Positions 1-9,462 of a stretch of DNA of 64,000 bases are shown one piece after another (position 1 is the stretch's first letter; each line of letters starts with the position of its first letter). A model generated the notes under the pieces. It saw only the letters and a list, made by a program, of their open reading frames with translations, had not been told where the DNA came from and did no database searches. The DNA lies in contig CAVPSX010000023.1 in NCBI GenBank assembly GCA_963708515.1, positions 129,930 to 193,929 on the forward strand. Direction: 5' to 3'. This DNA is from an uncultured delta proteobacterium (GTDB taxonomy: Bacteria; Desulfobacterota; Syntrophia; Syntrophales; Fen-1087). The translations under genes and the position numbers were made by a program.

Positions 1-1
1 A

Positions 2-325
2 CAATTTCTGCCGTCCTACATCAAAACGCTGGAAGCGGTTTTCGGCAAAGGCCACGTCAACCTCGTTGTCCCGTTTTCCGGCAATAAACCGGCGGGCATC
101 TCCACCTGCATCCTCGCAGCCAGCTTACAAAAGAGGGACATGGACGACTTTGCAAGAAAAATCAAAATGATCAAAGGGGAACAAATGGTTTCCAGCGTAT
201 TGCCGTTGGACATATTGCAGTTAGATGCTGGCAAACGTTATGCCGTGATCCTGACCGACGACTATGTGCCGGTGGATAATCTGATTGCCCCGATATTTGA
301 AGAGAGGTTCGGCTACAGAAAGTAG
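2..325 (+). CDS. C-terminal fragment of a protein of unknown function (gene begins upstream of the window)
   Basis: The frame is open from base 2 to the TAG at 323-325. Track ORF 140..325 is only the part after the first Met. No motif recognised. Confidence 0.4.
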   Translation, partial: QFLPSYIKTLEAVFGKGHVNLVVPFSGNKPAGISTCILAASLQKRDMDDFARKIKMIKGEQMVSSVLPLDILQLDAGKRYAVILTDDYVPVDNLIAPIFEERFGYRK

Positions 326-331
326 CAATCG

Positions 332-868
332 ATGATCCGGTCTGCCCATGCCCATCCGCACAAGGTCGTCGCCTGCCGGGACTACGACATCCTCGTCCCG
401 TTCATCTGTCATCGCTGCGGCAATTGCTGCCGCAATTATGATCCGATCGTGGAGCTGGAGCTGCTGCCCGAAATCGCAAAGATGCTGGGAGAGCCCATAG
501 ATGCCATACAGGACCGGCTTCGCGTCAAGGGTCTTTCCCACAGAGCCGGTCGTCCGACGGACTGTTGTTTCCTGCATCCCCGGCATTCGGCGTGCATGAT
601 CTATGAGGTCAGGCCCACGGACTGCCGCCAGTTCCCTCCTCTGGCCGGCGTTGGCGCAGGCGCCGTCGATTGTGCGGGACACAGGGAATATCTTAGCGTT
701 CTGAAGTTATTCGCCGGCCGTTCCAATCATATCTCCCAAAGCCGTTCAACTGCCGCACGCCAACGCAGGCGAATCCATCAGATTTCTTATCGCGATGTTC
801 TGCGCGCCCTGATTGCGGCAAACGTCTCCAACGAATACCGCAAGGTCTTTGAGGCACTCAACGGATGA
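332..868 (+). CDS. YkgJ-family cysteine-cluster (CxxCxxCC) zinc/iron-chelating protein
   Basis: CHRCGNCCRNYD motif plus downstream CCF...C...C pattern, typical of the UPF0153/YkgJ family. Confidence 0.6.
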   Translation: MIRSAHAHPHKVVACRDYDILVPFICHRCGNCCRNYDPIVELELLPEIAKMLGEPIDAIQDRLRVKGLSHRAGRPTDCCFLHPRHSACMIYEVRPTDCRQFPPLAGVGAGAVDCAGHREYLSVLKLFAGRSNHISQSRSTAARQRRRIHQISYRDVLRALIAANVSNEYRKVFEALNG

Positions 869-916
869 TTTTTTTCAGTCCCATGCCAGCCTCTGCTTTT
901 CGATGTGTCATATCCA

Positions 917-944
917 TTGACAAACAGCAGCATCCCACTATATT
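917..944 (+). promoter_or_regulatory. Sigma70-type promoter candidate (TTGACA-N16-TATATT) for the lipoprotein gene at 992
   Basis: TTGACA at 917-922 and TATATT at 939-944, about 48 nt upstream of the ATG. Confidence 0.45.
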
Positions 945-991
945 CTATGATGAAAAAGGAAGTTCTTATTTAACAATTATTGAGGTGAACC

Positions 992-1342
992 ATGAAAAGT
1001 AAAATGTGCATGATAAACAAGTTCCTTTCAGTTGTGATCGTTTTTTTGATGTTGTTTATTATCGCATGTGGCAGCAGTGATGATGCCAAATCTGCTACCT
1101 ACTATATTTCAGGTGCGGTGAGCGGAGCCACCCTTGAGGGGGTAACGATCAACCTGACAGGCAATGCAAGCGCTTCTGCGACAACCGATGCAAGCGGAAA
1201 CTTCAGCTTTGAAGGCGGGGAGAACGGAACCTTCACGTTAACTCCCGTCAAGGCGGGTTACACGTTCAACCCGGTCAGTTCGGTCGTCGTCGTCAGCGGA
1301 GCAAGTGTCACCAACATCAACTTTGTGGCAACAGCAAACTGA
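992..1342 (+). CDS. Small lipoprotein with a carboxypeptidase-regulatory-like (Ig-like beta-sandwich) domain
   Basis: Signal peptide with lipobox IIAC. The SG..G..V.L...... TTDA(S)GNFSF......GTYTLTP.K.GYTF.P pattern is typical of CarboxypepD_reg-like folds. Confidence 0.6.
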   Translation: MKSKMCMINKFLSVVIVFLMLFIIACGSSDDAKSATYYISGAVSGATLEGVTINLTGNASASATTDASGNFSFEGGENGTFTLTPVKAGYTFNPVSSVVVVSGASVTNINFVATAN

Positions 1343-1549
1343 TCGGGGCCGGCGTCATCCCTTTATTCGCATTCCGTGCAACCGCACATGGAGGCGGCAC
1401 TCTGAAACCGGCCTGCCGGCACCCGTGGGAGAAGAATAAACAGCCCCTGAAAACGTACCATATCCAGCTGAGCGTGCAGACAGCGACAAAGATACGCTAC
1501 GAGAATTGTATAAATTTCCAGGGGGGGGCAGGTCAGCAATGCCCTCTGT

Positions 1550-2644
1550 TTATCCCTCAAGGCGCGGATAGTCCGTATAGCCTTCTGCACCCGGCACATA
1601 AAAAGTATTTTCATCCCACCGCGCCCAGGGGGCGCCAAGGCGGATGCGCTCTACAAGATCAGGATTCGAGATGAAGGGTTTGCCGAAAGCGACGGCATCG
1701 GCATAGCCTTCTTCCAGGACCCGGTTGCCGCTGTCGCGTCTGAAGCCGCAGTTAATCACCAGCGTGCCTTTGTAACGCGGACGAAAATGCTTTGCGACTT
1801 CCTTCACGGCATAGGGCACGTCATCCACCGGGGCCAGGGGCTCCGTAAAGTGGGCATAGGCAAGGCCCGGGTAATCGTTCAGGCGCTCCACAATATGCTC
1901 AAATGTGGGGATGGTCTCTCGGTCCAGGGTGATGCCGAAGAAGCCGTGGGCAGACGGATTCAGCCGGATACCGACCTTTCCAAGGCCGATGGCCCGGCCG
2001 ACGGCGTCCAGCGTTTCGAAAAAGAAACGGGCCCTGTTTTCGCGGCTGCCGCCGTATGCATCGGTCCGCATGTTGGAACAGCCGGTGAAGAACTGATGAA
2101 AAAGATACCCGTTTGCGGAATGGATTTCGACGCCGTCAAAACCGGCGGCGATCGCATTCTCAGCGGCCTGCCTGAAATATTGTGTGATTTCATGGATCTC
2201 GTCCACGGTAAGCGCACGGGGTGTGACGGTATCCTTGAATCCCTCTCGCGTAAACGATTTGTCATGGGGGTTGATCGCAGAGGGCGCAACGGGAGGCCGG
2301 CCGCCGTGAAAATCAGGATGGGACATGCGTCCGCAGTGCCAGAGCTGGCAGAAGATATGCCCACCCCGTGCATGGACGGCCCGGGTCGTCTGCCTCCAGC
2401 CCTCGATCTGGGCCTGGCTGTAAATGCCGGGCGTGTTGACGTAGCCCACAGCCTGCCTTGAGACCTGGGCACCCTCGGTGATCAGGAGTCCCGCGGAGGC
2501 GCGCTGGGCATAGTACTGTGCGATGAGCGGCGTTGCCGCGTTCTCCGGGTTGTCTGCGCGACTGCGTGTCATGGGGGCCATGAATACACGGTTGGGAAGT
2601 TCGTAGGGTCCGATCTTTATGGGCCTCAACAGCGCCTGTTCCAT
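1550..2644 (-). CDS. NADH:flavin oxidoreductase, Old Yellow Enzyme / NemA family
   Basis: MEQALLRPIKIGPYELPNRVFMAPMTRSRA N-terminus and HSANGYLFHQF motif. GGAGG lies upstream of the ATG at 2644. The track extension to 2731 is rejected. Confidence 0.9.
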   Translation of the reverse strand: MEQALLRPIKIGPYELPNRVFMAPMTRSRADNPENAATPLIAQYYAQRASAGLLITEGAQVSRQAVGYVNTPGIYSQAQIEGWRQTTRAVHARGGHIFCQLWHCGRMSHPDFHGGRPPVAPSAINPHDKSFTREGFKDTVTPRALTVDEIHEITQYFRQAAENAIAAGFDGVEIHSANGYLFHQFFTGCSNMRTDAYGGSRENRARFFFETLDAVGRAIGLGKVGIRLNPSAHGFFGITLDRETIPTFEHIVERLNDYPGLAYAHFTEPLAPVDDVPYAVKEVAKHFRPRYKGTLVINCGFRRDSGNRVLEEGYADAVAFGKPFISNPDLVERIRLGAPWARWDENTFYVPGAEGYTDYPRLEG

Positions 2645-2744
2645 TGTTTTGTTCCTCCTTTCATTTTCGAGAACCTTATATAACAGTTGAAAAATGCTCC
2701 CCCAAGGAGATTTTAACCGCGGCGAAGCCATTTTTCGACCGATT

Positions 2745-3422
2745 TCACAACGTCAGCAGATGGCCGTGATCCCTGAGCCATATCCTTCGTTTTCTATGGT
2801 CAGGGAGGATGTGTTCGACCAGCCGCCAGTAGTCGCGGGAATGGTTCCGGATCTTCATGTGGCACAGTTCATGAACCACCACATAATCGATGATCTCAGC
2901 CGGAGCCATGATCAAACGCCAGGCGAAGGCCAGGCGGTCATCCGGCGAGCATGAGCCCCAGCGGCTCCTCCCATTATTGACGGCGACTCCCCGGGGGAAC
3001 AGTCCCAGAAGCCCACTGAGGCAACGAACCCTCTCTTCAAGATGCATCCGGGCCTGTTTCTGATACCAGAGGTGAAAAAGTATGCGGGCTCCTCTGAGGG
3101 CATCGCGACCCAGAAGAAATTCACGGCCGGTAAATGTCAGGGAGCCATCCAAATCGTTTTGGTCATGTATCTTCAGAACGTATTTTTCACCCAGGTAGGG
3201 GAATCGTTCCCCGGGAATGAAGGACCGGGCCTGTCGATCATGGTTGTGCTTCTGCTGCCGGCCGATGATTTTCTGCAGCCACTCACTTTTTTCCTTCAGA
3301 AAGCGGTCGATGTCGGTCTGCAGGGTACGAAAGGGAACCCGGACAAGCACGGTTCCGTTTATGTCAACCTGAATGGAAAGGGTTTTCTTGCGTTTATGGC
3401 TGCGTATCAACGTATAGGACAT
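2745..3422 (-). CDS. YgjP-like (DUF45) M48-family metal-dependent hydrolase
   Basis: HELCHM (HExxH) motif near the C-terminus; size and layout match YgjP/SprT-like proteins. Confidence 0.8.
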   Translation of the reverse strand: MSYTLIRSHKRKKTLSIQVDINGTVLVRVPFRTLQTDIDRFLKEKSEWLQKIIGRQQKHNHDRQARSFIPGERFPYLGEKYVLKIHDQNDLDGSLTFTGREFLLGRDALRGARILFHLWYQKQARMHLEERVRCLSGLLGLFPRGVAVNNGRSRWGSCSPDDRLAFAWRLIMAPAEIIDYVVVHELCHMKIRNHSRDYWRLVEHILPDHRKRRIWLRDHGHLLTL

Positions 3423-3509
3423 ATAAAATCCCCCTGCCCCCTTCCCTGCCCCACTGCCGCACAGCAGAAAGTGGGGGAAGCGAGATGCACGACGGTTTAT
3501 GATTCATTA

Positions 3510-4406
3510 TTATTTCGGCTCATCCATGGGCAGGGGTACCCGGTCTGCCGGTCCGGATGAGCGTCCGTCTCTGTCAGCCGAAGGCGATGACGCCCCGGAC
3601 GATGCCGGGGCTTTTACCGAATTACCGGATTCAACCGTCCGGCCGGCGTTTCTCACGCCTGCGTCGCCCTGCGCCGACGGCTCATTCATGACGTCGTCAT
3701 AATCCTCAATGACGATGCCCCGTCTTACCATGATCTGGTAAATCAACTCGGAACGGTACGCCACATAAGGGCTGCCGCCCACGGGGCTGTAGCGCCTAGG
3801 ATTGGGCAGAATGGCAGCCAGCCTGGCCGCCTCCGAGGCCGAAAGGTCCGACGCCGGCTTATCATAATAGCGATGGGACGCCGCCTCGATGCCGAACAGG
3901 CCGTCTCCCCACTCGGCGACATTGAGGTAGAGCTCGATGATTCTCTTTTTCGAGAGATTCCGCTCGAGCCGCCAGGTCAATACGGCTTCTTTGAGCTTCC
4001 GGACGGGATTCTTCGAAGGCGACAGAAACAGGTTTTTGGCCAGCTGCTGACTGATGGTACTGCCGCCTACCTTGAATTTCCTTTGTTTCAGGTCCTTTTC
4101 CAGCGCCTTTTGCATGGCGTCGAAATCAAATCCCTCATGGGACCAGAACTTGTCATCCTCGGCAATAATCACCGCTTTGATCACATAAGGTGAAATCTGC
4201 GCGAGGGGAACCCATTGATGCACGATTTTTTTCTTCTTACCCTGTCGCAGCCATTCATTTTCACGATATTCCATGAAAGCCGATTTTTTGGGGTTGACTT
4301 TCCGCAATGTCGAAACGTCCGGATAAACAAAATAGAACGCAATGCTAAATATAATGGCCGACAGGACGACCAGAATCAGCGCGATTGTCCACTTTTTGAC
4401 CATCAT
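3510..4406 (-). CDS. mtgA: Monofunctional biosynthetic peptidoglycan transglycosylase
   Basis: GT51 motifs EDDKFWSHEGFD and GGSTISQQLAKN. One N-terminal TM helix and no transpeptidase domain. Low-complexity C-terminal tail. Confidence 0.9.
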   Translation of the reverse strand: MMVKKWTIALILVVLSAIIFSIAFYFVYPDVSTLRKVNPKKSAFMEYRENEWLRQGKKKKIVHQWVPLAQISPYVIKAVIIAEDDKFWSHEGFDFDAMQKALEKDLKQRKFKVGGSTISQQLAKNLFLSPSKNPVRKLKEAVLTWRLERNLSKKRIIELYLNVAEWGDGLFGIEAASHRYYDKPASDLSASEAARLAAILPNPRRYSPVGGSPYVAYRSELIYQIMVRRGIVIEDYDDVMNEPSAQGDAGVRNAGRTVESGNSVKAPASSGASSPSADRDGRSSGPADRVPLPMDEPK

Positions 4407-4696
4407 GCGGCGTGCGGCATCTTTCTATCTATTTAATAATACTGGATTATATACTATTTTTAGCCTGTTTTTGCGTTTTTTTGCTTGACACAAGACCTGC
4501 CCCGTGGCAGTCTGCTTCGCCTGAGAAGCCTTTTGCACCATTTTTAATGATTCTGCAAAACAATTTTCAGTGGGTGCGGCTTGCTGTTTTTTATAAGATC
4601 GACGCCCTTTGAAGTGTGCAGTTTGTCATCCAATGTCAAAATCTGTGCACCGCCCCAGGAGTGGGTCACCCCCGACTTAGACTAAGGAGGTACTTC

Positions 4697-5683
4697 ATGA
4701 TGAGACGGCGGATTTTCATGTGGATGGGACTTGTCGTCCTGTTCTTTACCCTCGGCGTCGGCCGTGAAGGGTTTGCAGCCGACCCGTATAGGGTCAAACA
4801 CGGCGATAATCTCGCCAAGATCTCAAAAAAATTCGGCGTCAGCATCGAGGACCTGAAAGAAACCAATCATCTGCAAAGCGACGCTTTAAAAATCCGCCAG
4901 GTCCTGCTCATCCCCAAATCCCAAAAAACAAAAGTCGCCAAATCAAAGAGAACCACGACCGCTGTCACAGCATCCTATGCCGTGAAGGACGGGGACAGTC
5001 TCTATGTGATCGCCAGAAAGACCGGCGTTTCCATAAATGAACTCAAGGAGATGAACGATCTTCGCAGCAGCCGGTTGCGACTCGGCCAGCGTCTGGTTCT
5101 GGCAAGGCCGGAATCCCGGGTGGAGGTCGCGGAGGCGCCCGCGAACAACGTTGAACCGACAGACCTCAGCGCCCTGCCCGACGGCGAAGAAGATGAAGCG
5201 GAGGACGCCGGACCGGTCGGCGCCGATGAGTGGGCAAACGCGGACCGGGAGAAGGAAGAAAGCGCCGATATTTTAGGAAAATGGGAAAGTCCGGATGAGC
5301 GGCAATTGTTTGCCAGAGTGGCTATGGGATTTTTGGGCGCTCCTTACCGGTTTGGCGGATCATCCGTGCGGGGAATCGACTGTTCTGCCTTTGTCAAAAA
5401 GATCTATGCATTTTTCAACATCAGCCTGCCCCGGACAGCCCGTGAACAGGCCCGCATCGGAAAGCGCATCTCCAGAGGCGATCTCGAAGTCGGCGATCTT
5501 GTTTTCTTCAACACCCGGCGCCGGGCTTTCGGACACGTCGGCATTTATATCGGGAACAACGAATTTGTTCACGCTTCGTCTGGGCGCGCTAAAGTCGTGA
5601 AAGTGGATACGCTGGAGAAACCTTACTACAATAAGCGTTTCGTGAAGGCCGTGCGCCTGAAAGCACTGGATGATGATGCTTAG
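4697..5683 (+). CDS. Secreted LysM (x2) / NlpC-P60 peptidoglycan endopeptidase
   Basis: Two LysM repeats (YRVKHGDNLAKISKKFGV..., YAVKDGDSLYVIARKTGV...). NlpC/P60 catalytic region GIDCSAFV...GHVGIY. AGGAGG RBS before the ATG at 4697. Confidence 0.9.
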   Translation: MMRRRIFMWMGLVVLFFTLGVGREGFAADPYRVKHGDNLAKISKKFGVSIEDLKETNHLQSDALKIRQVLLIPKSQKTKVAKSKRTTTAVTASYAVKDGDSLYVIARKTGVSINELKEMNDLRSSRLRLGQRLVLARPESRVEVAEAPANNVEPTDLSALPDGEEDEAEDAGPVGADEWANADREKEESADILGKWESPDERQLFARVAMGFLGAPYRFGGSSVRGIDCSAFVKKIYAFFNISLPRTAREQARIGKRISRGDLEVGDLVFFNTRRRAFGHVGIYIGNNEFVHASSGRAKVVKVDTLEKPYYNKRFVKAVRLKALDDDA

Positions 5684-5714
5684 CAGGTCTGAACAGGATC
5701 AGCCGGATTAAACG

Positions 5715-5738
5715 AAAGGGCGGTTATCCGCCCTTTTT
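5715..5738 (+). terminator. Rho-independent terminator after the LysM/NlpC-P60 gene
   Basis: GGGCGG-TTAT-CCGCCC stem-loop followed by TTTTT. Confidence 0.7.
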
Positions 5739-5937
5739 ATTTCCTTCACTCTTTGCCTGCGTTTTCCCGGCCTTGATCATGCGGCGGCTTTTTTGTCATG
5801 AAATCCAGTAAGGACGGATGCAACGGACCGGCATCACCTGATGATTATTCTGAGGCTCAGCATCGTCGTGACCGGAATCGCGTATTTCTTCACACGCATC
5901 GATGACACCGTCGCCGAACATCTGCGGGAAAAGCTGT

Positions 5938-7005
5938 ATGTCTGAACATGGCCTGCCCAACCTCCGGGACATGACCCTCGAGGAAATCGAAGGATTCATC
6001 GCCGCCGGCGGCAAGGAAAAATACCGGGCCCGCCAGATCATGAAATGGCTTTACCGGCAAGGGGCGGTCTCTTTCGATGAGATGACCGATCTGGCGAAAG
6101 ATCTCCGGATCGCCCTAACCGGACTGGCCAGAATCGGCCAACCCGATGTCGAAGCGATCCAGACCTCGTCCGATACAACAAAGAAAATTCTTTTCCGCCT
6201 GGAGGACGGTCTCTTTATCGAAAGTGTCCTGATTCCGGGTAAAAACCACTGGACGATCTGTGTCTCCACACAGGCGGGCTGCCGCATGGGATGCCGCTTC
6301 TGCCTGACCGGCCAGGGCGGCCTCAAGCGAAACCTTCAGGCTTCGGAAATCACAAGCCAGATCACAATTCTGCAGCGCACCCTGCCGGAAGGCCAGCAAA
6401 TCAGGAATATTGTTCTGATGGGCATGGGAGAGCCCCTGGACAATTATGACGCTGTGCTGAAAGCCGTGCGCATCATCACTTCCGATTACGGCCTGGGCTT
6501 TTCCAATCGGAAGGTGACCCTGTCCACCTGCGGCCTCGCCCCGATGATTGCCAGACTGGGATCGGACATCTGCATCAATCTGGCGATTTCCCTGAATGCC
6601 CCCGATAATGAAAAGAGATGCGATCTGATGCCGGTCAACCGGAAATATCCGCTCGAGAAACTGCTCGACGCCTGCCGCAATTACCCCATGCCGGGCCGGC
6701 GCATGCTCACATTCGAATACATCCTCATGGCCGGTGTGAACGATTCGGCCCGGGACGCAAATAAGCTCGCCACTCTGCTGAAGGGCCTTCACTGCAAACT
6801 CAATCTCATCGCGTTCAACGAATATCCCGGATCTGCCTACAAAACGCCATCGCAAGAATCGGTCTCGGCATTTCAGCAGATTCTTCTGAAAAACCATTAC
6901 ACCGCCATTCTGCGCACCAGCAAGGGCAGGGACATCCTGGCCGCCTGCGGCCAGCTGCAGGGCGGGGCTTCGACTCACACCGTGAGCGCCCGCTATGGTC
7001 GCTGA
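5938..7005 (+). CDS. rlmN: 23S rRNA/tRNA (adenine-C2)-methyltransferase, radical SAM
   Basis: CRMGCRFCLTG radical-SAM cluster and GMGEPL motif; full-length RlmN-like layout. Start chosen at MSEHGLPNL. Confidence 0.9.
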   Translation: MSEHGLPNLRDMTLEEIEGFIAAGGKEKYRARQIMKWLYRQGAVSFDEMTDLAKDLRIALTGLARIGQPDVEAIQTSSDTTKKILFRLEDGLFIESVLIPGKNHWTICVSTQAGCRMGCRFCLTGQGGLKRNLQASEITSQITILQRTLPEGQQIRNIVLMGMGEPLDNYDAVLKAVRIITSDYGLGFSNRKVTLSTCGLAPMIARLGSDICINLAISLNAPDNEKRCDLMPVNRKYPLEKLLDACRNYPMPGRRMLTFEYILMAGVNDSARDANKLATLLKGLHCKLNLIAFNEYPGSAYKTPSQESVSAFQQILLKNHYTAILRTSKGRDILAACGQLQGGASTHTVSARYGR

Positions 7006-7070
7006 TCACAAACGGACCGGCAGCGCACGCCATATTTTGTGATTGTCATCCCCGCGTGACCAATATCCCC

Positions 7071-7099
7071 TTGACACACAAAATCCTTGCACTTATACT
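7071..7099 (+). promoter_or_regulatory. Strong sigma70-type promoter (TTGACA-N17-TATACT)
   Basis: TTGACA at 7071-7076 and TATACT at 7094-7099. The same TATACTCC -10 context occurs at 30660 and (minus strand) 23524. Confidence 0.55.
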
Positions 7100-7330
7100 C
7101 CCGCCACGGAAAAGCAACATCTTATCAATCAATATTATTGAGTGCCACTGTGGACAGGCGTCATTTCCTTCATCTGACCGGTTGTACGATTGTGGCCGGT
7201 CTGCTTGCCGCCGGCAATGACCGGTGTGGCTTCAGATACAGGAAAGGCCGACTGGTGCATGTGCCGGGGCTGTGAGCACACCTCCTGCCTGCCTGACTTG
7301 CAACGGACAAACAGAAAAGGGAAAGAATCC

Positions 7331-8662
7331 ATGCAACCGCGAAAACATCCGGTGTCATTGCTCGGCACGGCACTCATGCTCATGTTCATCATGCTGCAGA
7401 TCCAGAGTTGCTCCAATCAATCCGTTTCCGGCCCGACGATCGCAGATATGAAGACGGTCTTTTCCAACCGTGATTTCACTTTTCAGCTAATCAGGACTGC
7501 CGGAGCGTCTCCCAGTGCGGCTGATATGGGGGAGTGCCTGGAAACAGCCCGCAAGGTTCGCGATGGCGATATACAGAGCTGGTACCGGGAATGGTATGCG
7601 CTGGCCGAACGCGTGAGAGGCCTCGGTGAATATTATGAGTCATCCGGAGACATCCAGAGGGCACGGGATGCCCATGTAAGGGCGAGCAACTATTATCGCA
7701 ACGCCGGTTTTTTCCTCTCAGAACAGCCGATCGATCCCCGCATTCGCGATACCTGGACCAAGAGCGTCCATATCTTCCGCAAAGCCGCCGAGATGTTTAC
7801 TCCGCAGATCGAGTATGTCGAGATCCCCTACGAAGGGACGACCATACCGGCGTATTTCTACCGCGGGAGCCCGGGTGAGGGACAGCGACCGACCGTCATC
7901 ATACACCAGGGATTTGATGGCTCAAAGGAGGAGAGCATCCCGGGCGGCCTTGCCGTCCAACAACAGGGATACAACTGCATCATTTTCGATGGCCCCGGCC
8001 AGGGTGAAATGATCCATGACCAGGGCATCCCGTTCAGGCCGGACTGGGAGCATGTGGTCAAGCCGGTCGTTGATTACCTTGTGAAACGTCCTGACGTCGA
8101 TCCTGCCAGAATTGCGCTGGTCGGATTCAGCATGGGAGGGTACCTGGCGCCCAGGGCAGCCACGGAAGAGCATCGCCTGGCTGCGGTCGTGGCGGACGGC
8201 GGCGTGTACAGCGTCTTTGAAGGCGTGGCGGAGCACTGGATCACCATGCCCCAGATGCCCACCACGCATGACGCCTTGCTGGCATTCATCCGGGCTTACC
8301 CCGGTGATTTTAACGACGTTGCCGGTTATGTCATGGCGTATTCGCCTGGTTCCAGGTGGTCTCTGGTACATGGCATGTACACCTTCGGCGTCTCCACGCC
8401 GGCAGACTATTTTCTCAAGCTCGCGGATATGACGCTCGAGGGTCGGGTCCAGAAGATCACAACACCGGTCTTGGTGGTTGACTCTGAAAACGATCAAACG
8501 TTCCCGAAACAGCCGCAAAAACTCTACGCCGGCCTCGCTGGCAGCGGCAATAAATTTCTGATGTTCACCGCTGCGGAAGGGGCAGATCTGCATTGCCAAG
8601 CAGGCGCTTCCGAGGTGTTCTGGCAGAAAACCTTTGCCTGGCTTGATACGATTCTCAAGTAG
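7331..8662 (+). CDS. Secreted alpha/beta hydrolase (FrsA/dienelactone-hydrolase-like esterase)
   Basis: GFSMGG nucleophile elbow and an N-terminal signal peptide after MQPRKHP. The track extension to 7190 is rejected. Confidence 0.75.
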   Translation: MQPRKHPVSLLGTALMLMFIMLQIQSCSNQSVSGPTIADMKTVFSNRDFTFQLIRTAGASPSAADMGECLETARKVRDGDIQSWYREWYALAERVRGLGEYYESSGDIQRARDAHVRASNYYRNAGFFLSEQPIDPRIRDTWTKSVHIFRKAAEMFTPQIEYVEIPYEGTTIPAYFYRGSPGEGQRPTVIIHQGFDGSKEESIPGGLAVQQQGYNCIIFDGPGQGEMIHDQGIPFRPDWEHVVKPVVDYLVKRPDVDPARIALVGFSMGGYLAPRAATEEHRLAAVVADGGVYSVFEGVAEHWITMPQMPTTHDALLAFIRAYPGDFNDVAGYVMAYSPGSRWSLVHGMYTFGVSTPADYFLKLADMTLEGRVQKITTPVLVVDSENDQTFPKQPQKLYAGLAGSGNKFLMFTAAEGADLHCQAGASEVFWQKTFAWLDTILK

Positions 8663-8712
8663 TCACCGGCATGATGAGCGGGATAACAACTCAATTTGGA
8701 AAAGGAGGGCGT

Positions 8713-9348
8713 ATGAAAATGATGTTTCGTTTCAGTCTCGTTGCGGTCATCTGTCTATTCATGTTCACCGGAGCCGGCATTGTCCGGGCACAATCCTTAC
8801 ATGACACGGCAGACGCCAATAAGGATGGCACTGTCAATAAGTCTGAGTTGAAAAAGGCGCTGGGTGACCGTTATAAAACCGAAGATGCTGACAAGGATGG
8901 TAAGCTGACGGTTGATGAGTACCTGCAGGCCAGACAGAAGAACTTTGATGCGGCGGACACAAACAAAAATGGCATGGTAACGGTTGAAGAATGGGTTATC
9001 TACTGGTGCGGGAAGGCCGGAGATGCCGCCAAGATCAAAGCTCCGGTCAAGATGGACCGCCAGGCATCACGGTTCCAGCGGATGGATGTCGATCAGGACG
9101 GCACGGTACAGCAGAATGAGTGCGTCGTCTTCTGGGCCGGACGTTTTGTCGATCTCGATGAAAACAAGGATGGCAAAATGACCCGCGAAGAGTATCTCAG
9201 CAGAATGAAGGCCATGGCAGAGATCATGGACCTCGATGGGGACGGCGTCATCACCGTTGAGGAATACACGATCTCCTGGATCGGGAAGGAGCAGGCGGCC
9301 GGCAAAAAAGAGACGCCGGCGGCAGGAACGTCACCTGCAAAAAAATAA
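8713..9348 (+). CDS. Secreted protein with six EF-hand calcium-binding loops
   Basis: Six DxDxDG-type loops: DANKDGTVNKSE, DADKDGKLTVDE, DTNKNGMVTVEE, DVDQDGTVQQNE, DENKDGKMTREE, DLDGDGVITVEE. Signal peptide present; AAAGGAGGG RBS. Confidence 0.85.
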   Translation: MKMMFRFSLVAVICLFMFTGAGIVRAQSLHDTADANKDGTVNKSELKKALGDRYKTEDADKDGKLTVDEYLQARQKNFDAADTNKNGMVTVEEWVIYWCGKAGDAAKIKAPVKMDRQASRFQRMDVDQDGTVQQNECVVFWAGRFVDLDENKDGKMTREEYLSRMKAMAEIMDLDGDGVITVEEYTISWIGKEQAAGKKETPAAGTSPAKK

Positions 9349-9370
9349 CCTGATGTGCGTCGGGACATGA

Positions 9371-9398
9371 CAGGGGGTAGCCGTGTGGCTGCCCTCTG
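9371..9398 (+). terminator. 12-bp stem-loop downstream of the EF-hand gene (possible terminator; no clear U-tract)
   Basis: CAGGGGGTAGCC-GTGT-GGCTGCCCTCTG pairs over 12 bp, including 2 G-U pairs. Confidence 0.35.
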
Positions 9399-9462
9399 TG
9401 TGCGGATACCATTTGTCGCACTGCCGTAAACGGCATTATATTGACACACAGGGAGATACAGG

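Noticed and set aside
7144-7150. A B12-box-like GCCACTG in the hydrolase leader, suggesting a cobalamin riboswitch.
   Set aside because: The upstream GGGAA...GGTGAAA-type core elements are absent, and the heptamer sits only ~40 nt after the predicted TSS. The match is a heptamer only.
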